Part shown: positions 1 through 10,258 of the stretch, piece by piece
How the letters are laid out: each line of letters begins with the position of its first letter
Numbering within the stretch: position 1 is the first letter of the stretch
NCBI GenBank assembly: GCA_031553915.1
Contig: JAVBKT010000017.1
Span: 6,357-70,356, forward strand
Direction of reading: 5' to 3'
Source of the DNA: Bacillota bacterium
GTDB lineage: Bacteria > Bacillota > Dehalobacteriia > UBA4068
Length of the DNA: 64,000 bases
Position numbers and translations under genes: made by a program
The notes under the pieces: model-generated
What the model was told of the DNA's origin: nothing
The model's input: only the letters and a program-made list of their open reading frames with translations
The model's database searches: none

Positions 1-84
1 CAGATAATACACTTTCCCGCTAAGAAATTCAAGTACAGAATTCATTTAATAGCCTCCTTAATTTATATATTGTTTAATGCTTAA

Positions 85-2853
85 TTATTTCTGGGCATTT
101 TTCCCGCTATCTATTTGTTGCTTATCTGCGCTAGATGGCTTTTTCTTAATTGCCTTGGCGGTTATTTTCTTTTTGTCCGCCTCATCACCCTCTGCTATTG
201 CTGTGATTGACGTTCCTTGGCGAAATTTAATGCTATCATTATCCAGATAGGCATAAATGGTATCGCCTTCCTGATAATCTCCTTTGAGTATCGCCTCAGA
301 GATCGGGTCTTCCAGTAAATTCAGAACAGCCCGGCGCAGAGGTCTGGCGCCATATACAGGGTCAAAGCCCTTATCCGCAAGGTATTTATAAACATTATCA
401 TCCATTTCCAGGCGCAGCTCTTGTGTATTAAGACGGGTTTGCAGTTCTTTCACCATCAGTTTGGCAATGGCACAGATTTCTTCTTCATTCAGCGAGCGGA
501 AGACAACAGTCTCATCCACGCGGTTCAAAAATTCCGGGCGGAAAACTTTCCTCAAAGAATCGAGTACCCGCTCTTTCATGGCCGCATAGTCTTCCTCTGC
601 CTGATCATTGTTTGCGCCAAAACCAAGAGCCTTGGCTCTGGTATTGGTAGCGCCGACATTAGATGTCATAATGATAATGGTGTTGCGGAAATCCACAGTA
701 TGCCCGGTGCTATCAGTGAGACGCCCATCTTCCAATACCTGTAACAGCAGGTTGAAAATATCCGGGTGCGCTTTTTCAATTTCATCAAGCAAAACCACAG
801 AATAGGGTCTTCTGCGTACAGCCTCAGTCAGCTGGCCGCCCTCATCATAGCCGATATATCCGGGAGGAGCGCCGATCAGGCGTGATACAGCAAATTTTTC
901 CATATATTCGCTCATATCTATTCTGATTAGGGCATCATCGCTGCCAAAGATGATATTAGCCAAGGCCTTGGCCAGCTCTGTTTTACCCACGCCGGTGGGG
1001 CCAAGAAAGATAAAACTGCCAACCGGACGTTTGGCATCCTTGAGCCCGGCACGAGAGCGGCGTACAGCCTTGGTAACGCTGACAACAGCCTCGTCCTGAC
1101 CAATGACGCGTTCATGCAGCAATGTTTCCAAATTGAGCAAACGGTCGCTTTCTTCCTGATTAAGTCTGGTAACAGGAATGCCGGTCCAGTTGGCAAGAAT
1201 CATCGCAATATGTTCAGCATCAACAACCTGTGTCTGGCTGGTGGTTTCTTTTTGCCAACCTTTGCGTCCGGCTTCTATTTTCTCGGTTAAATTTTTTTCT
1301 TGGTCGCGCAGTTCCGCTGCTTTTTCAAATTCCTGCGCATTAATAGCTGCTTCTTTTTCTTTCTGCACAGTAGCAAATCTATTTTCCAGCTCCTTTAGAT
1401 CCTGCGGGGTGGTATAAGCTTGCAGGCGAATTTTGCTGGCAGCCTCATCAATTAAATCAATTGCTTTATCCGGCAAATAGCGGTCCGGCAAATAGCGGCT
1501 AGACAGGCGGACGGCCGCTGCGAGTGCGGCATCTGTAATTTGCACCCGATGATGCGCCTCATATTTGTCGCGCAAGCCGTGGAGGATCAGCAGGGCGTCT
1601 TCTTCGGAAGGTTCTTCCACCTTTACCGGCTGAAAGCGGCGTTCCAGAGCAGCGTCTTTTTCAATATATTTGCGGTATTCGTTGATGGTGGTTGCGCCAA
1701 CGCATTGCAGCTCACCGCGGGAGAGTGCCGGTTTAAGAATATTAGCGCCGTCAATGCTGCCTTCAGCAGCGCCGGAGCCCACCAAGGTATGCAATTCATC
1801 AATGAAGAGGATGATGTTTTTGTTTTCTCTGATCTCATCTATCATCTTTTTCATTCTTTCTTCAAATTCACCGCGGAATTTGCTGCCAGCGACCATAGTG
1901 CCCATATCCATCGTGACAACACGTTTATCGGAAAGTGTTTCCGGAACGCGGCCGTCAATAATCATCTGCGCTAAGCCTTCAACAATAGCTGTTTTGCCGA
2001 CACCGGGTTCGCCGATAAGCACCGGGTTGTTTTTGGTGCGGCGGGAAAGGATTTGGATTACCCGTTCGATTTCCTTTTCTCTGCCGATAACAGGGTCCAG
2101 TTTTTCCTGGCGGGCCATTTCTGTCAAATCGCGGCCAAATTTATCCAAAGTAGGGGTTTGGCTTTTCTTGCCAGCAGCGGTTTCATTATCACCATAGGGA
2201 ACCCCCGGTTCAGCCTGGGCGCTATATTCGTTGCCGCTATCCTTGTTGCCGGCCTTCAGCAAAGAATTGATGATTTGGCGCAGTCTGCGCACATCAGCCT
2301 CAGCCATATCCAGCAGCCAATGAGAGGCTACGCCCTCGTCTTCAGCGGCGAGACCGATTAGTAAGTGTTCGGTATCGACAAAATTGACTCCGGAACGCAC
2401 TGCTTCTTCCACGGCCAGTTGCAGAGCGCGCTTGGCACGCGGGGAGAAGCCGCGGTAATTATTATCATAATTACCCTCATCATCAATGGATTCAGCAAGC
2501 ACCTCTTCGTTGAGGTGCAGCTCTTCCAAAGTTTTTGCAGCTAAGCCATCGGTAACCTTGAACAGGCCCAGCAGAATATGCTCAGTATTGATATAGCCGC
2601 TATGGCGCGCCTTAGCCTCTTGCTCGGCATAAGCTAGAGCCATCCTGGCCCGCTCAGTAAGACGTCTGCTGACGCGGCTGAGATTATCATGGGGAACCAG
2701 GTCTGGGCCAAAACTGCCAAAAAGACTGCGGGGATTGATGGCGCCTATTTCATTGGCGCAGGGCTCACACAAATACTGTGTGCTACGCTCGCCATTTTCT
2801 ACACGGGTAACTTTTACGGTTGCATTTTTATTTTGACATCTTTCACACAGCAT
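85..2853 (-). CDS. clpC: ATP-dependent Clp protease ATPase ClpC with an extra N-terminal Zn-finger
   Basis: Two Walker A motifs (GEPGVGKT, GPTGVGKT), Clp-N repeats (TEHILLGL, TEHLLIGL), UVR coiled coil, RIDMSEY; N-terminal CxxC..CxxC; lies downstream of ctsR. Confidence 0.93.
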   Translation of the reverse strand: MLCERCQNKNATVKVTRVENGERSTQYLCEPCANEIGAINPRSLFGSFGPDLVPHDNLSRVSRRLTERARMALAYAEQEAKARHSGYINTEHILLGLFKVTDGLAAKTLEELHLNEEVLAESIDDEGNYDNNYRGFSPRAKRALQLAVEEAVRSGVNFVDTEHLLIGLAAEDEGVASHWLLDMAEADVRRLRQIINSLLKAGNKDSGNEYSAQAEPGVPYGDNETAAGKKSQTPTLDKFGRDLTEMARQEKLDPVIGREKEIERVIQILSRRTKNNPVLIGEPGVGKTAIVEGLAQMIIDGRVPETLSDKRVVTMDMGTMVAGSKFRGEFEERMKKMIDEIRENKNIILFIDELHTLVGSGAAEGSIDGANILKPALSRGELQCVGATTINEYRKYIEKDAALERRFQPVKVEEPSEEDALLILHGLRDKYEAHHRVQITDAALAAAVRLSSRYLPDRYLPDKAIDLIDEAASKIRLQAYTTPQDLKELENRFATVQKEKEAAINAQEFEKAAELRDQEKNLTEKIEAGRKGWQKETTSQTQVVDAEHIAMILANWTGIPVTRLNQEESDRLLNLETLLHERVIGQDEAVVSVTKAVRRSRAGLKDAKRPVGSFIFLGPTGVGKTELAKALANIIFGSDDALIRIDMSEYMEKFAVSRLIGAPPGYIGYDEGGQLTEAVRRRPYSVVLLDEIEKAHPDIFNLLLQVLEDGRLTDSTGHTVDFRNTIIIMTSNVGATNTRAKALGFGANNDQAEEDYAAMKERVLDSLRKVFRPEFLNRVDETVVFRSLNEEEICAIAKLMVKELQTRLNTQELRLEMDDNVYKYLADKGFDPVYGARPLRRAVLNLLEDPISEAILKGDYQEGDTIYAYLDNDSIKFRQGTSITAIAEGDEADKKKITAKAIKKKPSSADKQQIDSGKNAQK

Positions 2854-2919
2854 ATTAACACCACCTTTATACTATTCTTTCATTTTGGAATATTTTTGTT
2901 ATACTTAAATATTTTGTTT

Positions 2920-3387
2920 TTAGACAAAGTCATCACGCAGTAAAAGCAAAAGCACTGCGTTTAAGAGATTGCCGCGCAGTAAATCCGCATCATCATCACT
3001 ACCGATAATCTTTTCATCGATCATTGCTTTCATAATCATGCTTTCGCGCTTGCTGAGTATATCTTCCTCACATAGGCGGTCAATCAGCTTTTCGCCCATA
3101 GCGCGGCTCACTTTTCGCTGGCCGGCTGTTTCCAGCATGGCCGTCAAATTTGGCTCATTATCCATAGAAAGACGGATAATACGCACAAAACCGCCGCCGC
3201 CGCGTCTGCTTTCTACCACATAGCCTTGATTGGATGAAAAACGGGTAGAGAGGACATAATTAATTTGCGAAGGTACGCACATGAAGATCTCAGCCAGGTC
3301 GTTGCGTTTAAGCTCTATGATGCCCGTATTAGAAGCAGAAAGCAATTTTTTGAGATAGTTTTCAATTTGATTTGCCAGAGTACTCAT
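2920..3387 (-). CDS. ctsR: Class III heat-shock repressor CtsR
   Basis: CVPSQINYV and ESRRGGGGFVRI motifs; start placed at ATG 3387 after a GAGG RBS. Confidence 0.95.
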   Translation of the reverse strand: MSTLANQIENYLKKLLSASNTGIIELKRNDLAEIFMCVPSQINYVLSTRFSSNQGYVVESRRGGGGFVRIIRLSMDNEPNLTAMLETAGQRKVSRAMGEKLIDRLCEEDILSKRESMIMKAMIDEKIIGSDDDADLLRGNLLNAVLLLLLRDDFV

Positions 3388-3438
3388 AAGCTCAACCTCT
3401 TTTATCAAATATTTCACAACAGAAGGGCTGGAAATTTT

Positions 3439-3487
3439 TTTGACCTTCTCTGATCTTATTGTACAGTAAAGGTCAGGGAAAGTCAAG
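3439..3487 (-). promoter_or_regulatory. SigA promoter of ctsR-clpC overlapped by two CtsR heptad-repeat boxes
   Basis: - strand TTGACT(3486-3481)-17bp-TACAAT(3463-3458); CtsR-like repeats AGATCAGAGAAGGTCAAA (- strand, 3439-3456) and GGTCAGG-GAA-AGTCAAG (+ strand, 3471-3487). Confidence 0.75.
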
Positions 3488-3600
3488 ACACTCTATAAAA
3501 TTTTTGTAATTATAATTGCAATATACTTTAAATAATATATAATGATAATGTTTTATAGTATAAATAGTAAATTGTGGTTTGGGCAGGGAGGAGTAAAAAC

Positions 3601-4416
3601 ATGGCAAAAAATTGTGATAATAAGTGCGGCAGTTGTGCTATAGCGTCTTGCGCAGAGAGAAAAGATACCCCGGGCGGCAATAGCCAAATTAAGCATGTAA
3701 TTGGCATTGTCAGCGGCAAAGGCGGGGTTGGCAAAAGCTCAGTAACCTCTTTGCTGGCAGCAGCTATCAATAGACGCGGCTTTAAGACCGCAATTCTTGA
3801 TGCGGATATTACCGGCCCTTCCATTCCTCAGGCTTTCGGCCTGAAAGGCAAGGCTAAAAGCAATGAGACAGGCATTATCCCTGAGCTGACCAGCGGTGGG
3901 ATTAAGGTGATATCAATCAATTTGCTGCTGGAAAACACTTCTGACGCGGTTATTTGGCGCGGTCCGATGATTGCTGGGACAGTGCGCCAGTTTTGGACCG
4001 ACGTCAACTGGGGTGATGTTGATTATATGTTTGTCGATATGCCGCCGGGTACTGGTGATGTGCCATTAACTGTCTATCAGTCATTACCATTGGACGGGGT
4101 AATTTTGGTAACATCACCACAGCAATTGGTCACCATGATTGTGGAAAAGGCTGCCAATATGGCGGAAACGATGCTTATCCCTATATTAGCTTTAGTGGAG
4201 AATATGAGCTATGCGGAATGCCCTGATTGCGGTCACAAAATAGATATTTTTGGTGAGAGCCATGCCAAGGAAATAGCTGATAAATATGCTATTTCCCATA
4301 GTGCGAGAATGCCGCTCTCTGCCGAGATTTCCGCTGCTTTTGATCAGGGTAAAATAGAGGATATTCAGGTGGAATGGCTGGATAATATTATTGATAGTTT
4401 GTTGTCAGACCAATAA
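3601..4416 (+). CDS. Mrp/NBP35 (ApbC) Fe-S cluster carrier ATPase
   Basis: SGKGGVGKS, DADITGPS, VDMPPGTGD, ENMS..CPDCG; GGAGG RBS before ATG 3601. Confidence 0.92.
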   Translation: MAKNCDNKCGSCAIASCAERKDTPGGNSQIKHVIGIVSGKGGVGKSSVTSLLAAAINRRGFKTAILDADITGPSIPQAFGLKGKAKSNETGIIPELTSGGIKVISINLLLENTSDAVIWRGPMIAGTVRQFWTDVNWGDVDYMFVDMPPGTGDVPLTVYQSLPLDGVILVTSPQQLVTMIVEKAANMAETMLIPILALVENMSYAECPDCGHKIDIFGESHAKEIADKYAISHSARMPLSAEISAAFDQGKIEDIQVEWLDNIIDSLLSDQ

Positions 4417-4450
4417 GGATTTATTTTCAATCAACTAAATTAATAATTAT

Positions 4451-4498
4451 GATAATAGAACAACCCTGTTTTTAACAAAACAGGGTTGTTCTATTATC
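4451..4498. terminator. Long perfect hairpin, probable intrinsic terminator
   Basis: GATAATAGAACAACCCTGTTTT-TAAC-AAAACAGGGTTGTTCTATTATC. Confidence 0.75.
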
Positions 4499-4658
4499 TG
4501 AAAATTGCGAATATTAACTAGAATTATGAATATATATTGACAATTTATGAATATTTATGATAAGCTGCAATAAGTTGAAACAATATTTGTAAATAATGGC
4601 GGACCATATGTCTGCGTTGAAAATTTTAAAATAAAAAACATTAACGGAGGGCTGTGTT

Positions 4659-5330
4659 ATGGCAGGAAAGGGAAGTAGCGAATGGGCAAATCCGGCGCCG
4701 GCAGGACTGGTTGCTTTGGCTGTTGCCTGTTTCACGTTTTGCGCCTTGAATTTGGGGCTGGTTGATGCAGGAGCAATCCCGTTACTTGGTATTTGGCTTT
4801 TGGGCGGTTTTATTGTCCAGTTGGTCGTGGCAATCATTGAGCTGCGTGAGAGCAACATCTTGGGCGGTAATGTCTTCACCTTTTTTTGCGCCTTTTTTAT
4901 GTTTGTCACCGGCGCAAGTTTGCTGTTTAAGTTTTGGATGTCGCAAATCGGCATTGTCCTTGACACGCGTATCGATGGCTGGGCTTGGATTGTGCTGGCA
5001 GTGACTTTGGTCACCTGGATGCCTGCTTATGTCAAGAATTCCAGTGCGCCGATGGCTTTGGTGGTAATAGTCTTGTCTTTAGTCTCTGTGCCTCTCACCA
5101 CAATTAAAGATTTGGGGCTGCTTACTAACCCCGAAACTTACGCTACTATCAGTACTATCATTGCCATCGGTTTTCTGGTTGCTGGTTGTTTGGCTATGTA
5201 TGTGGCAACCGGCACCATCTTGAACAGCACGATGGGCAAGGAAATTGTGCCAATGCCCGGACCGCTTTTTGCTAAGAAAAAGCAAGCAGTTCTTGACACC
5301 GGCGCAACAGCAATTGAAGAAACAGAATAA
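4659..5330 (+). CDS. SatP/GPR1/FUN34/YaaH family acetate uptake transporter
   Basis: N-terminal ANPAPAGL signature; about six hydrophobic segments. Confidence 0.85.
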   Translation: MAGKGSSEWANPAPAGLVALAVACFTFCALNLGLVDAGAIPLLGIWLLGGFIVQLVVAIIELRESNILGGNVFTFFCAFFMFVTGASLLFKFWMSQIGIVLDTRIDGWAWIVLAVTLVTWMPAYVKNSSAPMALVVIVLSLVSVPLTTIKDLGLLTNPETYATISTIIAIGFLVAGCLAMYVATGTILNSTMGKEIVPMPGPLFAKKKQAVLDTGATAIEETE

Positions 5331-5370
5331 TTATACATATCGGACTTGATAATTTTTAATAAATATGTAT

Positions 5371-5404
5371 AAACAACGGACTACCATGTGGTAGTCCGTT
5401 GTTT
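5371..5404. terminator. Bidirectional terminator between convergent genes
   Basis: AAACAACGGACTACCA-TG-TGGTAGTCCGTTGTTT. Confidence 0.75.
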
Positions 5405-5425
5405 GTCATCTAAGCCTAATAGCAT

Positions 5426-6082
5426 TTATAGTGGTGGTTTGAGGTCTGTATCTGCTTTATGCCTGGTGCGCCTGATATGGGCGGCAATTGTTTCGATTAG
5501 CATATCCTTTGGCACAGGATTGCGGCCTCCTTCTGGGATAATGATATCAGCATATTGCTTTGACGGCTCGACAAACTGTTTATGCATCGGCTTGACTGTT
5601 GTCAGGTATTGATTGATCACAGAATCAAGGCTGCGTTCTCTTTGATCGACATCCCGCAAAATGCGACGCAGGATACGCGTATCCGCATCGGTTTCGACAA
5701 ATATTTTTATATCCAGCAGATTACGCAGCTTAGAGTGGGCAAAAATAAGAATGCCTTCGATGATAATTACTGGCTTTGCTTTGATTTTGGTTATGTGTTT
5801 ACTGCGCGTGTGCAGGCTATAATCATAAATTGGGCAGCTGATAGTTTGTCCTGATTGCAGCTTCTTTAGGTCATCAATCAGCAGTTCCGTTTCAAAGGCG
5901 TCAGGATGATCAAAATTCAACCGGTCTCTTTGCGCCATAGTAAGATTATCATGCGCCCGGTAGTAATTATCATGATAGATGACGCTAATATCATTGGGGA
6001 AAAAATCTACTAATTGGTTGACAAGCGTTGTTTTCCCGCTTCCGGTACCCCCGGCGATACCAATGGTCAGTGGCCGCATCAT
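5426..6082 (-). CDS. udk: Uridine kinase
   Basis: GIAGGTGSGKTT, NFDHPDAF, EPSKQYADIIIP; AGGAGG RBS before ATG 6082. Confidence 0.93.
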   Translation of the reverse strand: MMRPLTIGIAGGTGSGKTTLVNQLVDFFPNDISVIYHDNYYRAHDNLTMAQRDRLNFDHPDAFETELLIDDLKKLQSGQTISCPIYDYSLHTRSKHITKIKAKPVIIIEGILIFAHSKLRNLLDIKIFVETDADTRILRRILRDVDQRERSLDSVINQYLTTVKPMHKQFVEPSKQYADIIIPEGGRNPVPKDMLIETIAAHIRRTRHKADTDLKPPL

Positions 6083-6410
6083 AACCCACCTCCTTGCTGA
6101 AATTATAACATAAAATAGTAATATCTTCCAAATATAGCATTTAACCCTTTGATTTGCTATTCCAGCGGGAGTTTTCAACAATGCCAAATCAGTTACAAAT
6201 ATGAAATTTAGCAAAAGTTTTTATAAATAGCAGTGATTTTACCATGTTATTATGTTATAATGGCTGCTAAGAACAAAATCCAAATTAGATTCTAGCCTCT
6301 ATTTTAGCCAATCGTTTTTTCGTAATAGTTTTATTTTTCCAGAAGAATTAATGACAACATGCGTATCGAAATTCAAGCAAACAACTCTCAAAAATAATCG
6401 GGGTGTGAAA

Positions 6411-7535
6411 ATGAAAAAATTTATATTAGTCTTTATGTGCCTGGCAGTTATTGTTTGTGTTGCCGCGTGTAGCGCCGAAGACCCTAATATAGCTGCTGAT
6501 CTTGCCACAGACCAGCCACTGCAAGCTACTAATAATAGCCAAACCTATGAATTAGCCTTGGTGACAGACTCGGGGACTATTGACGATCATGCTTTTAATG
6601 AAGGCGCTTGGCTGGGACTAAAAAAATATGCGGATGAAAACCAGATTACCTGCACCTATTACCAACCGGTTGAGGTTTCTGATGACTCCTATGTGCAGAC
6701 AATTACCACTGCGATTGAGAATGGCGCTAAGCTGGTGGTTTGTCCGGGCTCATATTTTGAAGTTGCTGTTTATACGGTGCAATATCAGTTTCCTGATGTC
6801 AAATTTGTGATTATTGATGGCGAGCCGCGGGCCAAGGATTTTAATACCAGCGCTGTGGAGGCCAATGTTCAGTCCATCTATTTTGCTGAACAGGAAGCAG
6901 GTTTTCTTGCCGGCTATGCCGCAGTCAAAAATGGCTTTACCAAGCTTGGCTTTATGGGGGGCTGGGCGATTCCTTCGGTAGTACGTTTTGGCTATGGCTA
7001 TATTGCCGGCGCTGACTATGCTGCTAAAGAGGACAAAGTTACCGGTGTGGAGATTAAATATCAATATACTAATACCTATTTGCCGTCAGAGCTGATCCAA
7101 ACTACGGCTTCTTCCTGGTATAATGCAGGTACGGAGATTATCTTTGGTTGCGGCGGCGCCCTTGGCCAAAGCGTTATGGCCGCGGCAGAACCAATCGGCG
7201 CTTATGTAATTGGCGTTGATATTGATCAAAGTCTGCTTTCCAGCACTGTGGTAGTATCAGCTGTCAAAAATATTCAGCAGGCAGTATACAGCAGTGTTGA
7301 GGATTTTTATAATGCCGAGTTTAAGGGTGGCGAGATAACCCGCTTAAATGTTGCTAATAACGGTGTGGGACTCTCGATGGAAAATTGCAAGCTGGAATTT
7401 TTTACCCAAGAAGATTATGATGCTATTTATGCCAAGCTGGCAGCCGGTGAAATCACTGTTCCCAATGATCAAAGCGGTTATAATGCTGCCAATGAATTGA
7501 ACACTGATAATGTGACAGTAACGGTGATCGAATAA
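6411..7535 (+). CDS. BMP family ABC transporter substrate-binding lipoprotein
   Basis: Lipobox VAAC; IDDHAFNEGAWLG, EAGFLAGYAA, IGVDIDQ. Confidence 0.88.
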   Translation: MKKFILVFMCLAVIVCVAACSAEDPNIAADLATDQPLQATNNSQTYELALVTDSGTIDDHAFNEGAWLGLKKYADENQITCTYYQPVEVSDDSYVQTITTAIENGAKLVVCPGSYFEVAVYTVQYQFPDVKFVIIDGEPRAKDFNTSAVEANVQSIYFAEQEAGFLAGYAAVKNGFTKLGFMGGWAIPSVVRFGYGYIAGADYAAKEDKVTGVEIKYQYTNTYLPSELIQTTASSWYNAGTEIIFGCGGALGQSVMAAAEPIGAYVIGVDIDQSLLSSTVVVSAVKNIQQAVYSSVEDFYNAEFKGGEITRLNVANNGVGLSMENCKLEFFTQEDYDAIYAKLAAGEITVPNDQSGYNAANELNTDNVTVTVIE

Positions 7536-7588
7536 CTTGTGTTAAAACTACAGTTAGGGTTAACCGTTATCAGATAGGGTGAATAAAT

Positions 7589-7625
7589 AAAAGCAAGCGA
7601 GGGAGTACTCCCTCGCTTGCTTTTT
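7589..7625 (+). terminator. Intrinsic terminator
   Basis: AAAAGCAAGCGAGGGA-GTAC-TCCCTCGCTTGCTTTT followed by T. Confidence 0.8.
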
Positions 7626-7751
7626 ATCTTTAGCTAAATATAACTGTCACACTAAAGCAAATAAGCGTTTGCCATATGCAAATTCTGTTTGAATATTTGT
7701 TTAAGCGATGCTATAATTGGGTTAGATTAAACTAACTTAATTATTAGTGAG

Positions 7752-8579
7752 GTGATACTATTGCAAACGAAACCTGCTTTGAATATGCAGTCCGTGCAGG
7801 CCACCATGTTGCTGCCCTTGTGGGGGCGGGCGGAATACAGCTTGCAGAACCCTGAGGTACTAAAGGACGATGAGGCTATCAATGATTGCGATTATGATTT
7901 TTCTGCGTTGGCAAAGTCCTTTGGCGAATATGCCGGTATCTGCTATATTGTCCGCGCCCGAAAGATTGATGATACTGTTCAGGCCTTCATCTCCAGGCAT
8001 CCAAACGCCACCATCGTTAATATCGGCGCTGGTTTGGATACCACCTTTTCCCGCGTGGATAACGGAAAAATCAAATGGTACAACCTCGACCTGCCTGATG
8101 CCATCGCTTTCCGTCAGACGCTGATTCCGGATTCCGAGCGCAATATATGTATAGCCAAATCATTTTTTGACATGACTTGGTTTGACGATATTGATTTCAA
8201 CAAAGATGATGGCATCTTTTTTGTTGCCGGGGGCGTGTTCCATTATTTTCGTGAGGATGAGCTGAAAGCTGTTGTTGCCGCAATGGCAACTCGCTTTCCC
8301 GCTGGAGAATTATATTTTGATACCGAATCCAAGCGGGCTCTTTCGGTTTCCAACCGTATGGTCAAAAGGACAGGAAACAAAAACGCCATGATGTATTTTT
8401 ATGTAAACGATGTAAACCTTCTGCAACAGTGGTCGCCGCAGATAGCAGAAGCTAGCTGCGAGCCATATTTCAAGGGCAGCGAAAAGAAGAAGAGCTGGTC
8501 ATTTGGCTCTCGGATGAGCATGACACTAGGAAATCTCTTTGGCATGGTGAAGTTTATCCAGATAAAATTTGCCTGCTAA
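7752..8579 (+). CDS. Class I SAM-dependent methyltransferase (leucine carboxyl methyltransferase/TcmP-like)
   Basis: TMLLPLWGRA, IVNIGAGLDT, WYNLDLPD; start uncertain. Confidence 0.8.
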   Translation: MILLQTKPALNMQSVQATMLLPLWGRAEYSLQNPEVLKDDEAINDCDYDFSALAKSFGEYAGICYIVRARKIDDTVQAFISRHPNATIVNIGAGLDTTFSRVDNGKIKWYNLDLPDAIAFRQTLIPDSERNICIAKSFFDMTWFDDIDFNKDDGIFFVAGGVFHYFREDELKAVVAAMATRFPAGELYFDTESKRALSVSNRMVKRTGNKNAMMYFYVNDVNLLQQWSPQIAEASCEPYFKGSEKKKSWSFGSRMSMTLGNLFGMVKFIQIKFAC

Positions 8580-8601
8580 TTGATTAGTCAGGGAGGGTGC
8601 A

Positions 8602-9528
8602 ATGCGCATTTTAGTTTATGGAGCGGGTGTCCTGGGCTGCTATCTGGCGCATGTTTTGCATCGCGGCAATAATGATGTCACCTTGCTGGCGAGCGGTAGC
8701 TGGAAAGCTGTTCTCGACAGCCAGGGGCTGATCATCCTGCACTATGCCCAAATGAAGACCACCTATGATCAGATCAGAACCATTGACACCCTGGCGGTGG
8801 ATGATATCTATGACATCATCTTTGTTGTCATGCAATGCACGCATTTGCAGCCGGTTTTGCCCGTGTTGAGAGAAAACAGCAGCAAGCTCATTGTTTTTGT
8901 CGGCAACAATATCCATCCTCAGGCGATCACCGAAACGGTTTCACCTGATGGCAGCAAGCAAATCCTTTTTGGCTTCCAGACTTCCGGCGGTAGGAGGGAA
9001 GACGGCAAACTTGTCTGCATTCGCCTGGGCGGACAGATGAGCGTCGGCGGGCTGAAAGCAGAGGATTGCGTAGCCTTCCCGATAATTCGGCAGGCTTTTG
9101 TGGGCTGCAAATATAAGCTGAGCTTTTACGGGAATATGGACGCTTGGCTAAGCAGTCATCTGGCGGATATTCTGCCGATCGCCTACGCTGTTTATGCCTG
9201 TGAAGGCCATCTTACCCGGATAAAAAGAGGCATGTTAGCTGAGGTAATATCCGCCATCAGCGAGGGATATGCGGCGCTGGAGGCACTTGATATCCCTATT
9301 CTGCCGGAGGGTTCGGTGAAATTGATCCGCAATAGGCGGCTCTTGTGCTCTTTAGCGCTGTGGATTGTATGCAAAACCCCTATCGGGCGGCTGGCTGCAA
9401 GCGATCATGCTATGGCCGCTATGGCGGAGATGGCAGCGCTGCATCAGGCGTTCACTGAACTGAAGGATCGCGCCGGTATTAAGACGCCCTGTTGGGATAA
9501 TTTGGCCATCTATATGCCAAAGGTGTGA
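8602..9528 (+). CDS. Ketopantoate reductase family protein
   Basis: RILVYGAGVLG Rossmann motif; MDAWLSSH. Confidence 0.75.
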   Translation: MRILVYGAGVLGCYLAHVLHRGNNDVTLLASGSWKAVLDSQGLIILHYAQMKTTYDQIRTIDTLAVDDIYDIIFVVMQCTHLQPVLPVLRENSSKLIVFVGNNIHPQAITETVSPDGSKQILFGFQTSGGRREDGKLVCIRLGGQMSVGGLKAEDCVAFPIIRQAFVGCKYKLSFYGNMDAWLSSHLADILPIAYAVYACEGHLTRIKRGMLAEVISAISEGYAALEALDIPILPEGSVKLIRNRRLLCSLALWIVCKTPIGRLAASDHAMAAMAEMAALHQAFTELKDRAGIKTPCWDNLAIYMPKV

Positions 9529-9557
9529 CAGAGTTGCAAGAGGAAATGCGTATGAGT

Positions 9558-9600
9558 AGTAATAAATAAAACCCCGCATAAGCGGGATTTTATTTATTAC
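9558..9600. terminator. Bidirectional terminator
   Basis: GTAATAAATAAAACCCCGC-ATAA-GCGGGATTTTATTTATTAC between convergent genes. Confidence 0.7.
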
Positions 9601-10145
9601 TACTCAGGAAACTCAAAGGGTATGCCAAAGTATTGTGTAATTGATAAGACCAGGTTTTGCGCGATCTGCTCGATATTTTCCATAATCCATTGCGCATCCT
9701 CAACATTGTCGTGATAGGCTAACTCTATTAATACAGCAGGGGCGCGGGTATTGTTTAGCTCATACAGCTGGGTAGATGGCACTATGCCTACCAGTTCCGG
9801 GTGGGGATAGATGATTTCCAGATTTGTGGCAAAGATCTCAGCAGCCTGGCGGCCGCGGGGACTATTCGGGTGATAATAGACATCAGACCCCTGCACCTGG
9901 CCGGAAACTGCCGGGGGAGAGGCATTGGTGTGAATAGCGACATGCAGGTCAGGATTATACTCATTGGAGAGCATAACTGAACCGCCTACCCTGAGCGCCG
10001 GGTCATTGCGGGCAAAATCAATGCCTGCTGCGCGCAGATAGGGCTCCATGGCATCAGCAATAAGATTTGTGTAATACTCTTCATTACCGCCGGTTACATA
10101 TTCATTATATTCTTGAGTTGACGGGCTTAAAAAAACTTTTGGCAT
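9600..10145 (-). CDS. N-acetylmuramoyl-L-alanine amidase (Amidase_3), possibly sporulation-related
   Basis: LHVAIHTNA, PAVLIELAYHDN; AAGGAG RBS; upstream TGATACT-14bp-CATATTAT resembles a SigE-type promoter. Confidence 0.8.
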   Translation of the reverse strand: MPKVFLSPSTQEYNEYVTGGNEEYYTNLIADAMEPYLRAAGIDFARNDPALRVGGSVMLSNEYNPDLHVAIHTNASPPAVSGQVQGSDVYYHPNSPRGRQAAEIFATNLEIIYPHPELVGIVPSTQLYELNNTRAPAVLIELAYHDNVEDAQWIMENIEQIAQNLVLSITQYFGIPFEFPE

Positions 10146-10258
10146 AGTAGGGACTCCTTTGTTTTTTTTACATAATATGCGCCTCACGCGTAAAGTATCA
10201 ATATAAGGCACAGGGAAAAGCATCAAAAATGGCGAATATTATCCAAGTTAGTTAACTA

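Noticed and set aside
1469-1498. 15-bp tandem repeat in clpC (RYLPD twice)
   Set aside because: Falls on the conserved RY..DR.LPDKA motif with normal length; not an insertion
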